Shown here: piece after piece, positions 57,331-64,000 of the stretch
Position numbering within the stretch: the stretch's first letter is position 1
Layout: each line of letters begins with the position of its first letter
Source of the DNA: a virus
Taxonomy: Duplodnaviria; Caudoviricetes
Reading direction: 5' to 3' (one strand)
Virus record (IMG/VR): IMGVR_UViG_2706795958_000001
Location: 16,651-80,650 of that record
Length of the DNA stretch: 64,000 nucleotides
The notes under the pieces: model-generated
The model's database searches: none
Seen by the model: the letters and a program-made list of their open reading frames with translations, nothing else
What the model was told of the DNA's origin: nothing
Program-made: the position numbers and the translations under genes

Positions 57331-57643
57331 AATTGTTTCTCGCCTTCCTTTTAATTCCACCCTTAGGTCCAATTGTGTACATGTATTTACAGACGTATTC
57401 CGATTGTGTTTCATTCAATACATAGACATACATAACGGGTTTAGTAATAGAATCACGATTGAATCCGGTAACCAAATAGGAAACACTTTTCCATTTAAAG
57501 TAATCTACCAATTCTTTAAGTGTTTGACTGGTATTAGTATGTGCATAATTCTTTTTATTAGCAATGCACTTTGAATAACAAACGATTCCAAGATACTTAG
57601 GCAATACGGCATTATATTTTGGTTCTAATCTGGCTTTAGACAT
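57323..57643 (-). CDS. Hypothetical protein with C-terminal IGPKGGIK motif
   Basis: GATAGGTG RBS; motif shared with 59404..59688. Confidence 0.6.
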   Translation of the reverse strand: MSKARLEPKYNAVLPKYLGIVCYSKCIANKKNYAHTNTSQTLKELVDYFKWKSVSYLVTGFNRDSITKPVMYVYVLNETQSEYVCKYMYTIGPKGGIKRKARNNYA

Positions 57644-58133
57644 AGTTCACCTATCTTTCCATTTTAAATGATTGTGTTAATGATCGGTGTCGGTCAACGT
57701 GAATTGATTCAGTGTGACCCGTTAACCGACAGGAATGCAAGCGCGCGATAACTGAGCGCTATTAGTTCTCTCGATTGTTTTTCGTCTCCTGTCTGCCGTG
57801 TGTCCGCGCGTAGGTTCTACGTGACCAGGGTAAACGTCGATAGAGCTGCCTAGCGTCGATTCTGAGAGACTTTCTGTGCCTAGCCATGTCCTAACCCTAG
57901 GTAGGTACCGTTAGCGCCTGTGTGCTGATCTGAGCGCTTGCCTTGTGCGTCTCTAGCGCTCACGCTCACCTGTGACCAGCACTTGTCTGTGTCGGCATGG
58001 GTGCCCTGTGTGCCCTGTGCCCTGTGCGAGAACACAGGGCAGGAATACTCAGGCGAGAAACGTCACTGTGACGTTATCTATTCGTTATCTAGATAATAAG
58101 CGCAGCTAACTATCGGATTAAATAAAAAACGGG

Positions 58134-58195
58134 CACAAACCACACAAGGCGTTATTACCTAGAAAATTAGGTAATAACGCCTTGTGTGGTTTGTG
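58134..58195. repeat. Perfect 28-bp inverted repeat, 6-nt loop
   Basis: CACAAACCACACAAGGCGTTATTACCTA-GAAAAT-TAGGTAATAACGCCTTGTGTGGTTTGTG. Confidence 0.95.
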
Positions 58196-58216
58196 GTGAG
58201 TGATCCGGTCTAGGTT

Positions 58217-58369
58217 CTAGTCTGTGTCTTCGGTATCGAAACGCTCACTCATGTACTGAGAGAATTCACGTTGCCATGCTGAGCGCTCAGTATGACGTTC
58301 CGTTCTCCTGTCTGTGCGCGTACGCCTAGGAATGAAAACAGTATCGTCGGTGCGCTTAGTCTGTGCCAT
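58217..58369 (-). CDS. Small Arg-rich protein (50 aa), not in ORF track
   Basis: MAQTKRTDD...; follows the stop of 58381 ORF. Confidence 0.45.
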   Translation of the reverse strand: MAQTKRTDDTVFIPRRTRTDRRTERHTERSAWQREFSQYMSERFDTEDTD

Positions 58370-58380
58370 TGTCTTTAATC

Positions 58381-58749
58381 CTATCGGGTAATAGTGCCAT
58401 TGCGATTAATGAAAATTCCGCCGGGATACACAGGCGATTCTGCCCATCCGTTGTCTCTGTCACGGATAACCATACTGCCCTGCGTAATACCCACGGAATA
58501 CCTAGGGCAGTATGCCCTAACGATATGGTCTAGCCGATTGGCGGTAGTGCGCGTTTCGTATCCGCAATTACTAATGAAAATGTATTCATCGCGCAATACC
58601 GCAATAAGGTTACCGTGATGCGTGATATTAACCCTATCGCTAGTAACCATGCATTCCGTTTTATAGGCAATGTGATGGTAGTTACCGTCACCCTTTACGA
58701 TCCCACGCAACGCATGGGCGGACATATCAGGCAGATTCAAGTTAGACAT
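58381..58749 (-). CDS. Hypothetical early protein
   Basis: HG.LIA...G..T.TT..RL small phage family pattern. Confidence 0.65.
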   Translation of the reverse strand: MSNLNLPDMSAHALRGIVKGDGNYHHIAYKTECMVTSDRVNITHHGNLIAVLRDEYIFISNCGYETRTTANRLDHIVRAYCPRYSVGITQGSMVIRDRDNGWAESPVYPGGIFINRNGTITR

Positions 58750-58751
58750 GA

Positions 58752-59089
58752 TTAGTTTTCCTCATTCCATGATTCATAAGCAATTTGCAACTTATTGAAT
58801 TGTTCGCGCGCTAGTGTATCGTTAGGGAATTCAACGATAGTGATAATTCCGTCGCTATTAATGCTTGCCACGAAACTACCAATCAATTCATCATGCTTGG
58901 GCCAACCATACGCGCCGATAGTCTCACCAAAAAAACTCATAAACTCACCATTAGTGGCAGTGAGATTATCGCGCTCAGTATTGGTCACATAACCAAAATA
59001 TCCGGTAGGTGAGTCTACGTGACCATCGCTAGCGGTAAACCAATCATTGTTAAGCATTGCCTTAAACAGTGCTTCTTGTGCGGTATCCA
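58752..59089 (-). CDS. Hypothetical early protein
   Basis: CACACAGGAGAA RBS before ATG 59089. Confidence 0.65.
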
Positions 59090-59185
59090 TTGTGATTGTT
59101 CTCCTGTGTGTTGTGTGAGTGAGGTTTATATCCCTCACTGATTACACAGTGATTAGCTCACTGTGTAATCAGAGTCGATATAACC

Positions 59186-59401
59186 CTATGGTTTCCACCA
59201 ACTATTACCGTCGGTAATCCAACCATCTGAGAAGTAGGCAAGCCCATCCGAGTACGCGCGCAACGGTGCGCCACAAGGTGAGCCATAAGGCGATTCATCT
59301 TCCAATAGCTCACCTGTGCCACTTAGACGCGTCGGTGCGTCTAAGTGGCAATGGTTGGTTGGTACGCCTAGCAGAATTGTTAGTGCAACAAGAATATCCA
59401 T
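59186..59401 (-). CDS. Hypothetical early protein
   Basis: Coupled ORF. Confidence 0.55.
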   Translation of the reverse strand: MDILVALTILLGVPTNHCHLDAPTRLSGTGELLEDESPYGSPCGAPLRAYSDGLAYFSDGWITDGNSWWKP

Positions 59402-59403
59402 TG

Positions 59404-59688
59404 TTAAACGCTCACATTCTTAATTCCGCCCCGGGCACCGATAACAATTCTGCCCATTGGGTAGTCATGGAAATTCATTGCACTGTCACACTCATCACAT
59501 TGTGGGTAGTAGTCAATGCACGCGGTGTGATATTGCTCGTAATCGTTCGGGTAATACTTACTCCCCTCATCTACCAATCCGTGACGATGGTAAGCGTCAT
59601 ATAGATATTGCTTTGCCTCATTCACAGAATCGAAACGCTTATGATCATGGTCATAAGGGGACAGATTGATATGTGCGCAAATTTTCAT
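59404..59688 (-). CDS. Hypothetical early protein with C-terminal IGARGGIK motif
   Basis: Coupled ORF. Confidence 0.6.
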   Translation of the reverse strand: MKICAHINLSPYDHDHKRFDSVNEAKQYLYDAYHRHGLVDEGSKYYPNDYEQYHTACIDYYPQCDECDSAMNFHDYPMGRIVIGARGGIKNVSV

Positions 59689-59690
59689 GA

Positions 59691-59942
59691 CTAATCCTTG
59701 TTTGCTTGATTGATTACATGACTAGGCAGTTTTCGATATATATCGCTACCCATTTTCGTATATCCCTCTAGTTGCAAGTGTGGCCTACGTTTACGCAATT
59801 GCTTAGCCTTATCGACTACCTTTTGATCTGCATTTTCCTGTGAGATTCTTCCATCTACCCACATTAAACAATCTGTACCAACAACTGTGTTGAATTCAAG
59901 TGCTATTGGACGTTCACCATTGTAATAACTATTGCGTGCCAT
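59691..59942 (-). CDS. Hypothetical early protein
   Basis: Coupled ORF. Confidence 0.6.
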   Translation of the reverse strand: MARNSYYNGERPIALEFNTVVGTDCLMWVDGRISQENADQKVVDKAKQLRKRRPHLQLEGYTKMGSDIYRKLPSHVINQANKD

Positions 59943-60219
59943 GACTTTTTATTCTCCTGACTTGGATACTTCAAATGAAACAACTACGTCGGTAGCTACG
60001 GATATCAATAGTTCTGTAATTACCTGACCAATTCTTTCGACCGAATAAGTACCTGACATAGGGTCTACGTACTTACCGTTACCGTCGTCGCAATACACTG
60101 TGAGCGCATACATGTGTGTTTCTCCTGTCTGTGTTGCCCTGTGTGGACATGGCAGACTCTAGGGTAGGTCTGTCTACCCTAGAGCCGCTAAACCCTCACA
60201 GAATCGAACTGAGCGCTTC

Positions 60220-61281
60220 TCAGGCGATAGCTACCTGTACCATCTTCCACAATTCTTCATCCAAAGCGTCAAACTTGCCCTTAATGCGTGCTTCAGAATT
60301 GCGCTCGTAACGCGATGCTTCCCCACGAATTTCGGACGCATGATGAGCGAACGTGTTTCCTGTCTGGACAAGTCCAAGGGCAGTACCGGACCAATCTGCA
60401 CACATTGCATCATGACGGTACATATCAAGGAATTTGTCGCGCTTGTTTTCCGTGCGCGTGTATCCTTTGCCTTTTTCATCCGGCAACGGTGCCCAAGCAT
60501 CGAGAAACGCGAACAATTGCGCGTCGTCAATCTCAATATCGCTCAGCATGTGAATCTGGTCTGTGTACAGTTCGATACCGTTTTCAACCAATCCCAATGC
60601 TTCGCGTGCCTGGTCAATTTTTGCGTTGGAATGCTTAGTGTGCTTGATCTTAAAGAAACGTCCATCCCTTTTCATCTCACCAAGCGCTACCGCGCGAGTA
60701 TTGTCACAGACAGTTTGAGTAATGGTTAGTCCGTGGGTAGTGGCGCATGAACCATCGAGAGCGGTAGTGGCAAGGTAATTGCTACGGAATGCCATACCGG
60801 TTTTAGCGTCGTGAATTGTCTCAGGAATGGAGAACTCTACCCAAGCAACGGCACCGCCCTTGAGAAGTCCGGCCGACGATGGTTGCAGAGTTTCACCGAT
60901 AACGTTGCTTGCAAGTCCAATGAGCCAATCGCGGTAATCATGCACTGCGTAAGAATCACTGTGCAGACCAATTGTGCGGTAATTGTCCGATCGAACAATT
61001 GCCATTTTTCCCGGTACTAGAACGTTAACTACAGGATTACCGTATGAGTCAATGCCGGTAGCGTGTTCTGCATTATCGGTCGGGACTTCTGCATGAATGG
61101 GGACCTGCAACGGTTCCCAATTAAACAAGCGACGATTGATATCGGCGACCGGGATAGCCCCGGAGTAATGGTTAGACTCTGCACCCTGATATGCGGCGTC
61201 ATAATGCCATGCGTGACCACGCTGGTCGGTGAATCCGACCAGGACGTTCGTGTTCAATGTTTCAATGCTCTCAGAGGACAT
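60220..61281 (-). CDS. DUF932/DUF945 (TIGR03299-like) phage/plasmid protein
   Basis: SAG.LKGG.VAW, YL.TT.LDGS, R.VC.NT-like TVCDNT, KHT, GTA.GL.Q. Confidence 0.85.
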   Translation of the reverse strand: MSSESIETLNTNVLVGFTDQRGHAWHYDAAYQGAESNHYSGAIPVADINRRLFNWEPLQVPIHAEVPTDNAEHATGIDSYGNPVVNVLVPGKMAIVRSDNYRTIGLHSDSYAVHDYRDWLIGLASNVIGETLQPSSAGLLKGGAVAWVEFSIPETIHDAKTGMAFRSNYLATTALDGSCATTHGLTITQTVCDNTRAVALGEMKRDGRFFKIKHTKHSNAKIDQAREALGLVENGIELYTDQIHMLSDIEIDDAQLFAFLDAWAPLPDEKGKGYTRTENKRDKFLDMYRHDAMCADWSGTALGLVQTGNTFAHHASEIRGEASRYERNSEARIKGKFDALDEELWKMVQVAIA

Positions 61282-61315
61282 AATTGTTTCTCCTGTGTGT
61301 TGTGTGGTGATGGTT

Positions 61316-61368
61316 TGAATCCATCGCTAGCTATTGGGTTGGTTATCCCAATAGCTAGGGTTGATTCA
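61316..61368 (-). repeat. Conserved hairpin element copy 1
   Basis: TGAATCAACCCTAG-stem-CTAGCGATGGATTCA. Confidence 0.85.
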
Positions 61369-61449
61369 GTCCGGTAATGCGTACTCGCACCAAATGAACA
61401 ATGGTGCGAGTATGACCAGTGCGAGAACTAACGCGTATTGCCAACTCAT
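61366..61449 (-). CDS. 27-aa hydrophobic peptide
   Basis: MSWQYALVLALVILAPLFIWCEYALPD; ATGA overlap; its stop is the TGA of the hairpin element. Confidence 0.5.
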   Translation of the reverse strand: MSWQYALVLALVILAPLFIWCEYALPD

Positions 61450-61751
61450 GACGCATTCCATGCCGGTCGTCGATGCTTGCCATTGTCGGAATAAGGTTCA
61501 TCGCCTAACAATTCACCGTTAGTTCCGATACTGTCTAGCATCCCCTCGAATTCAACGATATTGGGAGTCAGTTCTCTGTCATTGCCCATAATCGCGAAAC
61601 TATGTCGTGGTCGCTTTTCGTAATTGTCTGCCCTACGTCCACGCTCAGGATCAATACCCAAACAACGGTTAAGCTTTTCGTGATAGCCCATTGTGCGCCC
61701 TGTGTTGGTCTGTGAGCGCTTGACGAGGTTGACTTGGTACTTGGTAGCCAT
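61446..61751 (-). CDS. Hypothetical early protein
   Basis: CAGACAGGAGAA RBS. Confidence 0.65.
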   Translation of the reverse strand: MATKYQVNLVKRSQTNTGRTMGYHEKLNRCLGIDPERGRRADNYEKRPRHSFAIMGNDRELTPNIVEFEGMLDSIGTNGELLGDEPYSDNGKHRRPAWNAS

Positions 61752-61809
61752 GATGGTTTGTTCTCCTGTCTGCGACGCTGTGAGCGTCTTCTGTGTGAGT
61801 GATAGACCT

Positions 61810-61864
61810 TGAATCCATCGCTAGGCGCATGTTTCACGTGAAACATGCGCCTAAGGTTGATTCA
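61810..61864 (-). repeat. Conserved hairpin element copy 2, containing a parS site
   Basis: TGAATCAACCTTAG-GCGCATGTTTCACGTGAAACATGCGC-CTAGCGATGGATTCA. Confidence 0.85.
61830..61845. promoter_or_regulatory. parS: parS (ParB-binding site), consensus match
   Basis: TGTTTCACGTGAAACA. Confidence 0.85.
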
Positions 61865-62161
61865 CGGTTCGGCGCGCAAAATTCCTTCTACCGCTCCGCG
61901 TGCCTTGTATCCGCTAATGGTGTGAGTCATGAAACTCACGTGAGCCGCACGGACTGTGCCACCGACGTACTCGACTTTCATGGTGTCTGTGTCGCCCTGT
62001 GAATCCGTGCGACTGTAAACCATCGTGACCAGAGGGAAGTCTGCACGCTTAAATGTGAATTCCTCACACTCAATGATCCAACTGTTTTCGTCGGCCAGAC
62101 GATTGATACCGCGCACGACAGGATGGAAGGAAATACCGTCAAGTTCCTGTGTAAATGCCAT
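61862..62161 (-). CDS. Hypothetical early protein
   Basis: CACAGGAGAA RBS; stop inside hairpin element. Confidence 0.65.
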   Translation of the reverse strand: MAFTQELDGISFHPVVRGINRLADENSWIIECEEFTFKRADFPLVTMVYSRTDSQGDTDTMKVEYVGGTVRAAHVSFMTHTISGYKARGAVEGILRAEP

Positions 62162-62193
62162 TGTCTTTTCTCCTGTGTTGTGTGAATTCCGAT

Positions 62194-62250
62194 TGAATCC
62201 ATCGCTAGGTCACAGGGTTAAGGGATAACCCTGTGCCTAAGGTTGATTCA
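62194..62250 (-). repeat. Conserved hairpin element copy 3
   Basis: TGAATCAACCTTAG-stem-CTAGCGATGGATTCA. Confidence 0.85.
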
Positions 62251-62463
62251 GTCTGTGAGTACCAGTCGAACATGTGAGTATCGAATTGAATCGGTATCGA
62301 CGATTACTCCATTGGCTAGTACCAAGTCGATACGCAGTGAATCATTGTTCGGGTACTTAATGTCCACTACCTTATCGGCGCGCTTATTCCTGTGATCAAA
62401 AACGATTACGTCCCCACGACGAATGCGATTGTTCGGGACCATTACCGTATTGAGCTTTCCCAT
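62248..62463 (-). CDS. Hypothetical early protein (first gene of the leftward early operon)
   Basis: CACACAGGAGAA RBS before ATG 62463. Confidence 0.65.
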   Translation of the reverse strand: MGKLNTVMVPNNRIRRGDVIVFDHRNKRADKVVDIKYPNNDSLRIDLVLANGVIVDTDSIRYSHVRLVLTD

Positions 62464-62728
62464 TGTTTCTTCTCCTGTGTGGGTTGAATGGTTCGCAGGT
62501 AATGCGGATATCGGTTGCCTTGGTACGGCACGCCTACCCGCATTACCTAGGTACATTCAAACCTGTGACAGACCATTAAACGGATGATGCATCATGTGCA
62601 GCGCATACGCTGGACTGTCCTCGCCGGATCACTCTGTTGACTTTTCAAGGTTCACGCGTGAGTCGGGACTTGCGCGCACATGGCTCGCGCCGCGTGCCCT
62701 GCCCTACTCACTAACAACTCATATCACC

Positions 62729-62757
62729 TTTATACACACCGACTGACATGCGTGCAA
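62729..62757 (-). promoter_or_regulatory. Candidate early promoter
   Basis: TTGCAC-17 nt-TATAAA with TG extension; -7 base is non-consensus. Confidence 0.4.
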
Positions 62758-62794
62758 TACCTAGCTAGAAAATTCTCGCACAAGTGCTGCGCAG

Positions 62795-62810
62795 TGTTTC
62801 ACGTGAAACA
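62795..62810. promoter_or_regulatory. parS: parS (ParB-binding site), consensus match
   Basis: TGTTTCACGTGAAACA. Confidence 0.85.
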
Positions 62811-63179
62811 TCGTGCGCTTGTCGGTGCCACGTGAGCACAGGTCAAGGTCCGTGCGTGGATAGAAGGAAGGCGCGCGATATCATGACTTACGCGAAAACA
62901 CAAGGACTTTTTGAGACCAAAATTAGGGCTGGCTATTGAGTGTAGTCGCACTACACCGAATTGTCGGCGGCGCGGTCGGGTAGCAAGTTTCGTAGAACCA
63001 TCTGTTAAACGGCCTGAGTTGCCTTCTAACAGAGTTTTTACCCACATGGTCACAGGGACATTCCTTGCCCTGTTTTCGTCCGCTAGCGTTGAAGCCTTTT
63101 TCGACGGTAACAAGCGTAAACCCTTGTGTTGCAAGGCTTTACGTACGCTTGTCGGTAGCACGGTAACTTAGCCCTTTTT

Positions 63180-64000
63180 AGGGTGCCCTATCTACGTAGG
63201 TATGTGCATATACGTAGGGCACTGTGTATACACACGTACCTACGTATGCGCAGTGCCCTACGTATGGTTATGTATCAAGCATTGTATTAGGTGAACAGTG
63301 AATGGGTTATGTATCAAGCATTGTATTAAGTGTGTAATGATTAGGCTTTGTATTAACCATTGTATTAAGTGAATGTATTATGCACGTAATTAAACACTGT
63401 GATTATTAGTGTCCTACCAGTGTGGTCAGCGACTGCCCTTAAAGTGGTGGGTATTAAAGGGAGTGGCTTTAAATAGGTGGGTATTAAAAGGGGACGCATT
63501 AAAGGGCATGATTAAAGGAAAGGCTTAAGTAATGTGTGAGCATGAAACGTCAGCGAGAAGATCACAAGGGTGATAATTCGGTTCGGTGAATTGGGATTAA
63601 CTGAAAGTAATCGGTATTGCTATGTTTGTTCGGTTAATTGGGATTAATTGAAGTGTCACGTTCTTTTGATTAATGGGTAATTGTTGAATCGGTGTATTAA
63701 GGGGATTACGAAATATGGGCAAAGAAATAGGGGATATGAAAACGGGGGATTACTCGAATTTCTCGCATTTACTTTTGTTTTGAATTCGCGCGAAATTCGA
63801 TCAGCATTCCGTGAATTCTTGCCGAATTCATGGGAATGGTGGGTAATGGCATTTCTCGAATTCCATAAATGATACCGGGATATCGAATTCTGGCCCATTT
63901 ATCTATTCCGTCGACCATGCTCGATAACGTCGGTTATCGCGCAGGGCATTCGATATGGGATTAATTTTTTGGAAAGGGGAGAGGTCGAAAAGCGGCGCTC
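63180..64000. repeat. Non-coding repeat-rich region, probably near the genome end
   Basis: 28-bp direct repeat x2 (63266, 63305), ATTAAAG-like runs, five GAATTC in 109 bp. Confidence 0.7.

Noticed and set aside
62799-63898. ORFs 62799..63161, 62911..63171, 63656..63898 and 63681..63872
   Set aside because: No RBS, low-complexity or repeat-derived sequence upstream of the first early promoter; probably non-coding

Overview
The window is most of the genome of a tailed (siphovirus-type) actinobacteriophage. LysB, LGFP repeats, WhiB and DUF732-like lipoproteins point to a mycolic-acid-containing host (Rhodococcus/Gordonia/Mycobacterium group). From memory, not from a search, the layout resembles Rhodococcus phage ReqiDocB7 and Gordonia phage GTE7-like phages. 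The + strand (1-24.9 kb) carries the end of the major tail gene, tail assembly chaperones with a -1 frameshift, a 2915-aa tape measure with two peptidoglycan hydrolase domains, minor tail genes, lysin A and holin, an accessory tail/fibre block including a polysaccharide deacetylase, and lysin B. The - strand (25-62.6 kb) carries a Cas4-like exonuclease, two WhiB, MazG, RusA, a beta-clamp, an oligoribonuclease, a SNF2 helicase, ThyX, HNH, an SSB-like protein, a SLOG protein, a Xer-like tyrosine recombinase, a vWA + MoxR AAA pair, lipoproteins, a tmRNA, tRNA-Leu(UAA), a tRNA-like element and many small early genes. The right end is non-coding and repeat-rich. The most unusual signals are non-coding: two perfect chromosomal-type parS sites with no parAB in the window, three stop-codon-anchored RNA hairpins with a conserved 4/5 internal loop, a tmRNA with a non-canonical 29-aa tag, iteron-like 40-bp repeats, several structured intergenic regions, and a repeat-rich fibre gene split by a single in-frame TAA. 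All family assignments are from motif recognition by eye.
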